A DNA stretch of 29,675 nt from Octopus sinensis (Eukaryota): positions 1-29,675 of the forward strand of contig NW_021836492.1 in assembly GCF_006345805.1 (NCBI RefSeq). Direction: 5' to 3'. The notes below the pieces were generated by a model. The model did no database searches. It was not told the origin of the DNA and saw nothing but the letters and a program-made list of their open reading frames with translations. Shown here piece by piece: positions 11,406-22,532 of this stretch; positions within the stretch are counted from its first letter, which is position 1, and each line of letters opens with the position of its first letter. The position numbers and the translations under genes are program-made.

Positions 11406-11622
11406 GTATAACTAGAGTAAACGCATACTCCCACTTTTACTCTGACTCCTACCTCACAAAACACGGCTAAGTGCTCGTTGGATTCATTAAGGAAAAATTG
11501 TCTGTTTTTCTGTTGCTTCTTAAACAACTTCAAAGCGAAACGCAACCAAAATCATGGTCTAAAATTCGTATGGTGCTAAAAAAAAAAGAGGCTCATTTTG
11601 TATCTGTCTAACATGTGTGTGT

Positions 11623-12377
11623 AGGGTGCGGTGAATAAAATGTCATCGCAATTACACTAAATGAAAATAACACAGACATCTCATTTTAACCCTTTCGCTA
11701 CCGTATTTATTTTGAGATGCTCTGTGTTTTTTTCAATTACTTTAACTATAACAAAGAATTTAGTAAAATAACTTAGTAATCATTAAGCTAGTGTTAGGAA
11801 TGTAAATTGTGACTCAGGCTTGGTGGACGATTTTAATTCAAAACTTATGAAAACAAGACATTTTACCACATAACCAGAGCCGGTTTTGGCCGGGTTAGTA
11901 ACAAAATTGCATAAAAATATCTTGAAATTCTAAAGAGTAAAATCGCGACTGGCTTCAACCACGGCCTCCAGATGTCTTCGAAATCCGCTGCAACTCTTCT
12001 GGACGGTCTCCTTATTTAAGTTCGTGAATGCTGCCATACTCCTTGATTTCAGTTCAAAACAAGGAGTTTTGTTAGTCTCTCGTTCAACTGCGCCCCACAT
12101 ATAATCAAAGGAGTTGCACTCTGGGGAGTTAGGTGGCCAAATGTCCGGGGTGATATGGTCACAAAAATTGTCTGACAGCCATGACTAGGCTCTCCTGCTT
12201 GTGTGGCATGGTACAGAGTCCTGTTGCCAGTCATAGGGTCTTCCAGCAGCCACCCTCTTGACCCAGGGCAGTACTGCCTCCTCCAGGTACTTGATGTAGG
12301 CCTCTGTGTTAAGTCTGAGGCTATGTGGGAAGATCAGTGGAGGCATGACGTCGCCATCACTAGTGATCACTCCAAAC
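11623..12377 (-). mobile_element. Tc1/mariner superfamily DD37D (maT) transposon, 3' half with pseudogenised transposase
   Basis: FGVITSDGDVMPP...WQQDSVPCHTSRRA*SWLSDNFCDHITPDIWPPNSPECNSFDYMWGAVER...RRHLEAVVEA. There are 37 residues between the second and third catalytic D, one in-frame stop, and a TIR-like end agggtgcggtgaataaaatgtc at 11623. Confidence 0.9.
11686..11906. mobile_element. piggyBac-like MITE nested in the maT 3' end
   Basis: Begins TTAA-CCCTTTCGCTACC. The opposite end (agtaacaaaa) is a decayed inverted terminus. Confidence 0.5.
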
Positions 12378-12469
12378 GCCCTAACACACCCACACGCACA
12401 TACACAGACACACACGGACACACACACATATATTCTCTCTCTCTCTATGTGTGTGTGTGTGTGTTGTGT

Positions 12470-12675
12470 ACCAAAGTAAGCACATAAATGCGAAACAAGG
12501 TGGAAAAATAGTACTCGAATACCAGAGCTAGAGTAATATGCTTTATTCAAAAGCAGCAGAAATATCACAAAAGCTGTCACTCAGAGTTTCACGTTCTAAA
12601 CAAAACTGTCCGACGAACGGGAACGTGAAACTTTGAGCGACAGTTTCTGGGATTTGTTGCTGCACTTTTATAAAG

Positions 12676-12676
<1 letters not shown>
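12470..12676. mobile_element. Inverted-repeat element, family F2, carrying a CCGACGA-core HHR-like motif
   Basis: Arms 12540-12596 and 12621-12676. Plus strand aaaactgt CCGACGA acg ggaa cgt GAAA ctttgag cg acagttt (12602-12646). Homologous to 22533-22780. Confidence 0.75.
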
Positions 12677-12737
<61 letters not shown>

Positions 12738-13144
12738 CAAAAAACACCCCATTTTCCTATGTTACTTCATAACTTTTAAGAAAAAAACCAACGTTCGTCA
12801 AATATACAAATTTCACATGGATATTATTGAAGAGCAGAAGAGTTATCTATAAATGCTTAACAATATAGAATTCCATTATTCTATATTAGCTAAGGCTATG
12901 AACTATATTTGGAATACAGGACAATATAATGGATTTTACACATAACTATTATGGATTATTACAGAAAACTAACCAAGGAAGTATATATGGATTAAAAGAC
13001 TCTCATACTAAAATGTACTTACCAACATCAAAAGCAGTAATTTTAAATTTATATTTGAAACAAACGCCATTTTACAGTATTTCTTCATATAAAAAAAAAA
13101 CAAAAAAACTACCATTTGATATATTATACAAAATTCAAATTTTA

Positions 13145-13236
13145 TATCTCTGAAGAGCAGAAGAGTTGTGTATAAATGCTTATCAACATAGGATTTCATT
13201 ATAGGGACAGCACTTCTGTGAAACGATCGTAAGATG
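13145..13236 (+). ncRNA. Type I hammerhead ribozyme, canonical core, long stem II (family F4)
   Basis: Stem I tatct/agatg; CTGAAGA 13150-13156; stem II GCAGAAG/CTTCTGT plus gttgt/acagc; GAAA 13220-13223; palindromic stem III CGATCG; GUA cleavage triplet ending at 13231. Confidence 0.8.
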
Positions 13237-13414
13237 CTCTAAAGATTTAATTCGAAACTTTTAAACTGTCATATGCATTATATATTTATACTTATACATT
13301 TTTACATATATTTATATATATTTATATTTTTAATACAACAATTATTTTACATACGTTTATATCTTTCTGAAGAATTTTCTAATATTGATTTCCTGATATT
13401 AATAATAATAAATT

Positions 13415-13444
13415 ATAATATATATATATATATATGTGTATGTG

Positions 13445-13484
<40 letters not shown>

Positions 13485-13525
13485 ATATGTGTGTGTGTGT
13501 GTGTATAATAGCACTATGACCCGGC

Positions 13526-13568
<43 letters not shown>

Positions 13569-13600
13569 TAATAATATAATAAAATAATGATAATAATAAA
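13415..13600. repeat. (TA)n/(TG)n and (TAA)n microsatellites
   Basis: Directly visible. Confidence 0.95.
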
Positions 13601-13873
13601 AGGGTAAAATTAATTAATTAATCAATCAATTAATTAATAATTTTACCAAGTAGATCTGTACGTTATAATAAACTTTATAGGTAAAATTATACAAATATTC
13701 TATAATTATAAACATAATTATAATTAGGGGTCAAGTAATTGCTTCACCACATACCGAATTTAGAAATAGGAGTTAAAAATTCCTTTTCTACTACCGTAAG
13801 AATCTCCCAGACAGTATCACACTTTTTTACGTAGGCAAAGAGAAAAATAATGAATCCACACGACTCCGATTAC

Positions 13874-13933
13874 CTACAGACGCGTTCCGAGATTAAAGTA
13901 TTTAATTTACTTACTTTCCCGTCATCAGTGTAG
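13874..13933 (-). ncRNA. Type I hammerhead motif (F1) with one core substitution (GAAA to GGAA)
   Basis: ctaca CTGATGA c GGGA aagta..tactt taa TCTC GGAA CGCG TC tgtag. Stem I is perfect. Confidence 0.7.
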
Positions 13934-14161
13934 CATTTCCATTATAAAATTTGAAAGTGCTAGAGTTAAATACGTACAGGATCGATGACGGGAAGTAAGT
14001 AAATAAAATACTTTAATCTCGAAACGCGTCTGTAGGTAATCGGAGTCGTGTTGATTCGGTATTTTTCTCTTTTTGCCTACGTAAAAAACTGTGATACTGT
14101 CTGGGAGGTTTTTACGGTAGTAGAAAAGGAATTTTTAAACTCCTATTTCTAAATTCGGTAT

Positions 14162-14380
14162 TACTCTTTACTCTCTTTTACTTGTTCCAATCATTTACTG
14201 CGGCCATGCTGGAGCACCGCCTTTAATCGAGCAACTGGACCCCGGGAATTATTCTTTTGTAAGCCCAGTACTTATTCTATTGGTCTCTTTTGCCGAACCG
14301 CTAAGTGATGGGGACGTAAACACACCAGCATCGGTTGTCAAGCAATGCTAGGGGGACAAACACAGACACACAAACACACA

Positions 14381-14427
<47 letters not shown>

Positions 14428-14608
14428 TATATACACATATTATACGACGGGCGTCTTTCAGTTTCCGTCTACCAAATCCACTCACAAGGCTTTGGTCGGC
14501 CCGAGGCTATTGTAGAGAAGACACTTGCCCAAGGTGCCACGCAGTGGGATGAACCCCGGAACCATGTGGTTGGAACAACCTACTTACCACACAGCCACTC
14601 CTGCGCCT
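14162..14608 (-). mobile_element. Family B SINE, full length, inserted into the F1 right arm
   Basis: F1 sequence resumes at 14609 (gtgaagcaattagctgacccctaattataat). Confidence 0.9.
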
Positions 14609-14704
14609 ATGTGAAGCAATTAGCTGACCCCTAATTATAATTATCACACATTCCTTCCAAGCACTGCTGTAAATAGCGAATGTGAACTAAAACGTTAAAA
14701 CTTA

Positions 14705-14786
14705 GTGCGCATGCACAACAGAGTTCGAAATCAATCTGCGCCAAGCGGTTTTACTCTGAGTACTTTAGCTTCGTTACCATAGCAAC
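14705..14786. promoter_or_regulatory. Candidate RFX X-box plus NRF1-like palindrome
   Basis: GTTACCATAGCAAC at 14773-14786 matches the X-box consensus. GTGCGCATGCAC at 14705-14716. Motif match only. Confidence 0.3.
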
Positions 14787-14864
14787 AGTCCGGATACTTA
14801 TTGATCAGACCACATATATTCCTCCTTCGACAGGACTTAGGTCCGTTGCAGGATTATTTATATA

Positions 14865-14993
14865 GAGTTGAGTGGAATTGAGCAATGAAGTGAAATGAAG
14901 TGCCTTGCTCGAGAACACAACACCCGACCCAGGAATCGAAACCACAATCTTAAGATCATGAGTCCAGCACCCTAACTACTGAGCCATATACCC
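14865..14993 (-). mobile_element. Head and CORE fragment of the SINE type seen at 9107-9415
   Basis: gtgaaatgaagtgccttgctc...aggaatcgaaacc...ccctaactactgagcca. Confidence 0.65.
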
Positions 14994-15400
14994 TACTTCT
15001 ACAATATACCCGGCTGAAATTGGAGTGCGTCTAATATACAAGCGCGTCTTTTACGCCATCAATTACGGCAAATAAAGAAGCAGCATAAACGTGGAATTGG
15101 TAAATTAGAGAGAAAACCAAAAATGGTGCTAAAAGAACGAAGCATAATTCGTGAGTAAACCTTTTACACTGAACAGTCTAGCAGAGAATAATGAAGAATG
15201 GTTTCCTTGTGACACTTCGAAGACGAATAATGAAAAAAAGCCCTCTTGTTTCGAATTGTTTCCAACTTTCTCCACAGTTCTGCCAATAATGTCAGAGGGT
15301 AAATATCGATTAGTCGTCAATATCGGTTATCGTATTATATGATAAATGGTTGGAACTGTTCGCTGTTCGTTGCAGGAATCATCGCAGCAATGATTGAATA

Positions 15401-15402
<2 letters not shown>

Positions 15403-15436
<34 letters not shown>

Positions 15437-15847
15437 GGGAATGTATGTGCATGTGTATGTGAGTGTGTATGCGTGTAAGAGAGTGTTAGTGTGTGTGTTC
15501 GTGTGTGTGTGTTAGTGTATGAGTTTGCCTCTGTGTGAGTGTGTGTGAGTGTGTGAGCTAGTGAGAGTATGTGTGTGTGTATGTGAATGTATGTGAATGC
15601 GTGCGCGTGTGTATGTGTGCACGTGTGTGAGTGTATATGTGTTTGTGTGTGTTTGTTAATGTGTGTGAGTTTGAGTGTGTGTATGTGTGTGTGAGTGTGT
15701 GAGCTAGTGAGAATATGTGTGTGCATGTATGTGAATGTGTGCGCGTGTGTATACGTGTACGTGTGTGAGTGAGTGTATATGTGTGAAATGGTGTTAGTAC
15801 GTGTGTGAGTGTATGTGTGTTTGTGTTTGTTATGCGTGTGTGTGTGC

Positions 15848-15916
<69 letters not shown>

Positions 15917-15930
15917 ATTAGTGCGTGTGT
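15403..15930. repeat. Long degenerate (TG)n tract with an internal duplicated unit
   Basis: gagtgtgtgagctagtgaga occurs at about 15547 and 15692. Confidence 0.9.
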
Positions 15931-15945
15931 GTATTTTCCGTTCAG

Positions 15946-16010
15946 AGAATGTCAGACAACGTTGGGAGCTGAGGTGAGCAAATTTATCGCTATGAAGAAT
16001 TTCTGCGACG
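15946..16010 (+). other. Candidate 65-nt internal exon
   Basis: Acceptor tattttccgttcAG, donor G|GTAAGT, and an open frame ECQTTLGAEVSKFIAMKNFCD. No homology recognised. Confidence 0.35.
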
Positions 16011-16149
16011 GTAAGTCATGAAAACGAATTGAGTTGATTGGATAAAATATTTTATTGATAGAACAACGGTTGGAATATTATGGCTTCGACTACCATAATT
16101 AGAATTGGAAATTACGAAGAGTATACTTCAAGAACTGTGATTGGTTATC

Positions 16150-16180
<31 letters not shown>

Positions 16181-16204
16181 ACACACAACACACACAGATA
16201 TATA

Positions 16205-16705
16205 TACTCTTTTACTTGTTTCAGTCATTTGACTGCGGCCATGCTGGAGCACCGCCTTTAGTCGAGCAAATCGACCCCAGGACTTATTCTTTTTGTAAGC
16301 CCAGTACTTATTCTATCGGTCTCTTTTGCCGAACCGCTAAGTGACGGGGACGTAAACACACCAGGCATCGGGGGTCAAGCAATGCTAGGGGGACAAACAC
16401 AGACACACAAACACACACATACATATAATATATACACATATATACGACAGGCTTCTTTCAGTTTCCGTCTACCAATCCACTCACAAGGCATTGGTCGGTC
16501 CGGGGCTATAGCAGAAGACACTTGCCCAAGATGCCACGCAGTGGGGCTGAACCCGGAACCATGTGGTTGGTTAGCAAGCTACTTACCACACAGCTACTCC
16601 TGATATATATATATATATAGTGTCTTTTACTTGTTTCAATTATTAGACTGCGGTCATGCTGGGGCACCGCTTGAAGAATTTTCATTTGAATGAATCGACC
16701 CCAGA
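16205..16705 (-). mobile_element. Family B SINE (16205-16602) plus a second 3' fragment (16625-16705)
   Basis: Matches the family B reverse complement. Confidence 0.85.
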
Positions 16706-16844
16706 ACAGAGGAGAATAGGAAGCGCAATAGATCATGCATCCATCTCAAGCAAGTGACAAAAAAGGGCAATGCTTAAAAGTATCTTTTTCACCAATTCTG
16801 ACATCAAATTCCATAACATCTGTGAAATCATTTTTTACTCGAGG

Positions 16845-17267
16845 CGCAAGCCCCGAATGTTTGGTGGGTGGGGGAAGTCGATAAAATCGACCCCAGTACG
16901 CAACTGGTACTTATTTTATCGACCACGAAAGGATGAAAGGTAAAGTCGACCTCGGCGGAATTTGAACACAGAACGTAACAGCAGACGAAATACTGCTAAG
17001 CATTTCGCCCGGCGTGCTAACGTTTCTTATTTCTTTATTGCCCATAAGGGGCTAAACATAGAGGGGGAAAACAAGGACAGACAAAGGGATTAAGTCGATT
17101 ACATTGACCTCAGTGCGTAACTGGTACTTATTTTATCGATCCCGAAAGGATGAAAGGTAAAGTCGACCTCGGCGGAATTTGAACTCAGAACATAACAGCA
17201 GACGAAATACCGCAAAGCATTTCGCCCGCTAAGTTACGGGGCGTAAACATAGGTGGGGTGACAAGCA

Positions 17268-17304
<37 letters not shown>

Positions 17305-17488
17305 ATGACTGGCCTCTTTCAGTTTCCGTCTACCAAATCCACTCACATGATTCAGTCCCACTGCGTGGCATCTTGGTCAGCCCGAGGCAATAGCAGAAGA
17401 CACTTGCCCAAGGTACCATACAGTGGTACTGAACCCAGAACCATGTAGTTAGTAAGCAAGCTACTTACCACACAGCCACTCCTACGCC
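16845..17488 (-). mobile_element. Dimeric family D SINE (16845-17228) abutting a partial family B SINE (17227-17488)
   Basis: ggtacttattttatcga...aaggtaaagtcgacctcggcggaatttgaac occurs twice; the family B head ends at 17488. Confidence 0.85.
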
Positions 17489-18064
17489 TTGTTACTTTTC
17501 TTTCCATTTCTTTTTCATTTGTCTTCGTCTCTCCTCCCCCGCTTCTTTCTGTCCTATCTTTCTCACCTTTATTTATTTATTTATTTATTTCCTTCTTTCT
17601 TTCTTGCTTTCATTCAATGTTTCCCTCCTTCATTTTTCCCCTTCTCTCTTTTATTGCAATTCATTCATCACGTTCGAATTTCAGTTTACAAAAGAAGAAA
17701 AAGCCATACAAAATAAAAGCAAAACCGGCAGATTGCGATCTGGAACGGAAAATTCTCGAAGATGTTACATTCTTTGACTTTTAATTAGTTGACAAACTTT
17801 CTACAAGAAACCATTCCAACATTGTAGTGAGTTTTACCAATCATTCTAATTACTTTCTCATTAATAATGATCTTGTTTAATTAAAAGATACCTTTTGACA
17901 ATCTTCATAATATTATTTTGTTGCAAAATTTAATAAATCACTGACTTAAACTTTAGCTCGTCTGTTACATGATAGAATTTCTTTGCATTCACTTGACTTG
18001 CTAAAAACAGTAGCCAAGCCTTCAGTCCTCGCGTTAAACATTTCTTCTTCAAATCCTAAAACTT

Positions 18065-18790
18065 ATAGAGCCGGTTATACAGTTTCCATTGCGTATGATT
18101 GACATTGCAACATTTCCCCTGGACGGGACGCATGACCTTGCAGGTGGGGCCCAGCTAGAGTTTTCTTCTGGTCGAGTAGCCCATCCCGCCCGAAAGGTCC
18201 CTGAATAAGGATTGTTTAAGGATGTTGAACGAACCACCCATGTTTCCAAAGGTGAATTATCCAAACCCCAAAGAATTCCTCTCAACACGTGGCTATTGAT
18301 GCTCCCCCACTACTTCTGCTCATGATCAGAGATGCACATATTGTTAACCACTAAGAGACATGGTCAACTGGTTAAGGTCAAGCAACTGACAAGCAAATCT
18401 GTGGTATTGAGCAGAATATTTGCTGTCGCCCATCTTTTATACCAAAACAAAACAATGTACATGATAACACTTCCAATCAGTTAAGATCAGAAGCCACGAG
18501 AGCCACTGTCTGGTACTGCATCAGGGCATTTATTATTATTATTATTGTTATTATTATCATCATCATAATCATCATCATCATTATCATCATTATCATCATC
18601 ATCATCTCATTCATTATTATTATTATTATTATTTATTATATTATTGAGTGAGAGCAGTTCATGCCATCAAAATGACACTGGGGTAAAATATACGAAGCCC
18701 AATATACCCATCATGACTACCCGTCTGATAAGGTACACCAGGCACATGCATCACAACCATATGTGCGCGACATGGTGATCTCATATCAAG
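18065..18790. repeat. SINE tail fragment (18065-18131, -) plus unclassified interspersed sequences embedded in (ATT)n/(ATC)n tracts
   Basis: The reverse complement gcgtcccgtccagggg...ggaaact...aaccggc matches the tail at 25755-25810. Segments 18132-18530 and 18645-18790 border directly on (TAA)n runs. Confidence 0.5.
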
Positions 18791-18793
18791 ATA

Positions 18794-18839
<46 letters not shown>

Positions 18840-19029
18840 GCAGCGAGCTGGCAGAATTGTTTAATTAACAAATATTTTTTTTACTTTTGGTAAATTTCCA
18901 AAACGAATGGAGATCGAGCAGAATGTGTGAACCAACCGGAAATTTCTCTGTTGGCCATTGCTGACCCGGTGCTAGCAAAAAAAAACCCATTCTCAATGGC
19001 TGAAAAACATCTCAAAGCAGATCTGACCA

Positions 19030-19410
19030 GGAAGTTAATATAGCTTCAGGCCATGGAGATCAACCACTGTGACAGCTACAGTAGAAAGCAGTGGAGCAAC
19101 ACCTTCCCCTCTTCGTGATGTTTGTGGACTTTTCTAAGGTATCTGACGCGATGGACCGAGAAACATTATGGGAAATCCTGGAAACTTATAGATGCCTTGA
19201 GAAACTTGCTAACATCATCAAGCAATTCCACTCAGGAATGAGAGGGATGGTCTCAGTTGGCGGAGTATTTTTGGTGAAGTGTTTGGAGTAAATCATAGTG
19301 TGAAGCAGGGGTCTGTGTTTGCCCCTACCTCCACTCTTCTCTCTTTACCTCACAGCTGTGCTTGGCACCATGAGGGTTAATCTGCACAAAAAGGATTTCA
19401 TCCGCAGCAA
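19030..19410 (+). mobile_element. Decayed RTE-clade LINE reverse transcriptase fragment
   Basis: SFRPWRST...EKAVEQHLPLFVMFVDFSKVSDAMDRETLWEIL...IIKQFHSGM...GVNHSVKQGSVFAPT..LFSLYL, corresponding to the RT motifs FVDF.KAFD and GV.QG...P.LF. Confidence 0.85.
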
Positions 19411-19531
19411 AACTAAAAGCGTTTGCGCTTCGAATTTTCGTTAATCACTGCTTTTTCGAGCTATATGGGGTATTAGAAATAGCAAATAAATAACTGTTTT
19501 GCTTGAATGTTAAATTATACTGCAGAATACG

Positions 19532-19946
19532 TTACTCTTTTACTATTTTACTTGTTTAAGGCATTTGACTGTGGCCATGCTGGAGCACCACCTTTAGTCG
19601 ATTGAGCAAATCGACCCCAGGACTTATTCTTTGTAAGCCTAGTACTTATTCTATCGCTCTCTTTTGCCGAACCGCTAAGTTACGGGGACGTAAACACACC
19701 GGCATCGGTTGTCAAGCGATGTTGGGGGGACAAGCACAGACACACAAACATATACACACACACTTACATATATACATATATACGACGGGCTTCTTTCATT
19801 TTACGTCTACCAAATCCACTCACAAGGCTTTGGTCGACCCGAGGCTATAATAGAAGACACTCGCCCAAGGTGCCATGCAGTGGGACTGAACCCGGAACCA
19901 TATGGTTCGTAAGCAAGCTACTTACCACACAGCCACTCCTACGCCT
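19532..19946 (-). mobile_element. Family B SINE, full length
   Basis: Consensus match. Confidence 0.88.
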
Positions 19947-20163
19947 ATGATATTTTCAATGGACATTGTATGAAAATTCCATAACATTTTATATATTTTC
20001 GCAATGCCAGTTTCAGTCCCGTCTTGGGATTTCATCAACGAGTGTAGATCTGCTTTCAATGTGAATGAATAAATGAATAGTCTACTTATACATCCACAAT
20101 TACAAACGGTTAAAGAAACGGATAGACCAACTTGCATATATAACGTGGATGAAAGGTAGAGAA

Positions 20164-20397
20164 GCAGGAGTGGTTGTGTGGTAAGTAGCTTGCTAACCAA
20201 CCACATGGTTCCGGGTTCAGTCCCACTGCGTGGCATCTTGGGCAAGTTGTCTGCTATAGTCCGGGCCGACCAATGCCTTGTGAGTGGATTTGGTAGACGG
20301 AAACTGAAAGAAGCCTGTCGTATATATGTTATATATATATATATATAGTATATAATATATATATATATATATATAATATATATATATATTATATATA

Positions 20398-20431
<34 letters not shown>

Positions 20432-20630
20432 TTGTCCCCCTAGCATTGCTTGACAACCGATGCTGGTGGTTTACGTCCCCGTCACTTAGCGGTTCGGCAA
20501 AAAGAGACCGATAGAATAAGTACTGGGCTTACAGAAAGAATAAGTCCCGGGGTCGAGTTGCTCGACTAAAGGCGGTGCTCCAGCATGGCCGCAGTCAAAT
20601 GACTGAAACAAGTATAAAGAGTAAAAGAGA
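20164..20630 (+). mobile_element. Family B SINE, head-to-head with 19532-19946
   Basis: Consensus match with internal (TA)n. Confidence 0.88.
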
Positions 20631-21159
20631 GAGAGTAAGCTGAATAATAATAAACAGAAAGTGGCCGAAATTTATTGGTATTAAGAAGTGGTGGTTAGAG
20701 ACTGGGGAGGAAAAGGAGGAGAGAGAAAAAATATAAGAAGGGGAGAGACAAAATATAAAACCACGGTGTGTGTTTTTGAAAGTGTGGTGAAGCGATAGAG
20801 TATGAAAGGCGAGGTGCATAAGGCTCGGTCTTTTTTTTTTATGAAACAATTAACCGGTTATAGCCGTGGTCGTGGGGGAATTAAAAGGAGTTGAGAAAAG
20901 AGGTAATTAAGAACTATTTTAATTAAAGGATCATAGAATATTATTTTAAGATTAAAAATACGGGGTTTAGTTGTATTAGGGATAAATGACTCATTAGGAG
21001 TGTTTCAAAATGCCTGAAGTGGTAATAAAAGTAGAAAAGCTGCCTCATTTTATTGAGAAATTTGTTATTTGTATTGTAAAACGGTTTGGTTTAAATTAGA
21101 ATAAGGTGAAAGTGACACAGCAGTGGTTAAGGTGAGCTAAGGAAGTTTCTATTATTATT

Positions 21160-22090
21160 GGTTTCAAAGTTTGGCACAAGGCCAGCAAGTTCTGGGGAAT
21201 GAGTAATCGATTACATCAACGGCAATGCTTGACTGGTTCTTATTTTATCGACCCCAAAAAAGAACGAAATGCAAAAACGACCTCGACGGAATTTGAACTC
21301 AGAACTCAGAAGACGGACGAAATGCCGCTGAGTATTTTGTCCGGCGTGCCACCGTTTCTGCCAGCTCGCAGCCTCAAAGTTTGTATTTACATCAGTTTCG
21401 AATTTTAGCACGAGTCTAGCAATTTCAGGGAAGGGAATAAGTCGATGGCATCACCCCCATTGACCAACTAGTATTTATTTTATCGACCCCGAGAGAACGA
21501 AAGGTAAAGTCGACCTCGGCGGAATTTGAACTCAGAACATAAAGGCAGAAAAAATGCCACTGAGCATCTTGGTCGGCGTGCTAACGTCTCTACAGCTCGC
21601 CGTCTTACAAATATTCAAATATTAATAAAAACGTTAAGGCGGCGAGCTGGCAGAAACGTTAGCACGCCGGGCGAAATGCGTAGTCGTATTCCGTCTGCCG
21701 TCACGTTCAAATTCAGCGGGGAACCTTGGGCAAGTGTCTTCTACTACAGCCTCGGACTGACCAAAGCCTTGTGAGTGGATTTGCTAAACGGAAACTGAAA
21801 GAATCCTGTCATGGATATATATATATATATATATATATACGTATGTGCGTGTGTGTGCGTGTGTGCGTGTGTGTGTGCGTGTGTGTGTATGTGTGAAAAT
21901 GTGTGCGTTTGTCCCCCACTACTGCTTGACAACCGGTGTTGTGTTTATGCCCTGTGACTTAGCGGTTCGGCAAAGGAGACCGACAGAATAGATATCAGGC
22001 TTAAGACAAAATAAGCACTGGAGTCGATACGTTCGACTAAAATTCTTCTTGGGGGTGCTCCAGCAGGGCCGCAGTCAAATAACTGAAATT
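21160..22090. mobile_element. SINE cluster: two family D copies (21160-21372 and 21395-21606, -), a D head (21637-21713, +) joined to a family B body (21723-22090, +)
   Basis: Segments align to the family D and B copies elsewhere in the window. Confidence 0.75.
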
Positions 22091-22134
22091 AAAAAAAAAT
22101 AGAATACCAGTAATTACATCTTTTGTAAGAAATA

Positions 22135-22495
22135 TTGTCACAGAATTGGCTGGGAAATGAGAGAATAAGATGAAGAAAAAAAGCATGGAATAAACTGCAT
22201 AGAAATAGAGAAGTTTATATATCGTTAAGTAGAGAGAAAAAGCATGAGAAAAATGGTGAAGAATTGTAAATTTAAGATCAATAGTTATATGGAAAAGTAG
22301 GATTGAGTGGGAGACCCCGAGGAAAAGAAAGTGTAGAAGTATTCTTGAAATAATGTAAAGAATATTTAACTGCAGAACGTGAATATGGATGAGTGCAGCC
22401 TTTGTAGAGGTTTACAGAGAAATTGTAAAGCAGTGCTAAGCGGCATAACCCAAGAGAAGGAACCGAGATTCTAAGTGGAATAGAGACGAAAAAAC
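22135..22495 (+). mobile_element. Possible highly decayed LINE 3' end
   Basis: Purine-rich. Residual WLG and GRPRGK words resemble the RTE C-terminus. Confidence 0.3.
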
Positions 22496-22532
22496 AGGTC
22501 ATATAATATCATATCATATCATATATATGTAT

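Larger units (their letters stand above)
13712..14642. mobile_element. Inverted duplication of HHR-bearing PLE-like pseudo-LTR (family F1), right arm split by a SINE
   Basis: 13712-13926 is the reverse complement of 13984-14160 plus 14609-14642. Homologous to 23125-23430. Confidence 0.85.

Noticed and set aside
10515-11545. ORFs of 115-189 aa
   Set aside because: Products of CAC and TATG/TA microsatellites.
19602-20456. Recurrent ORF words such as IVEDTCPRCHAVGLNPEPCG
   Set aside because: Antisense translation of the family B SINE, not a protein family.
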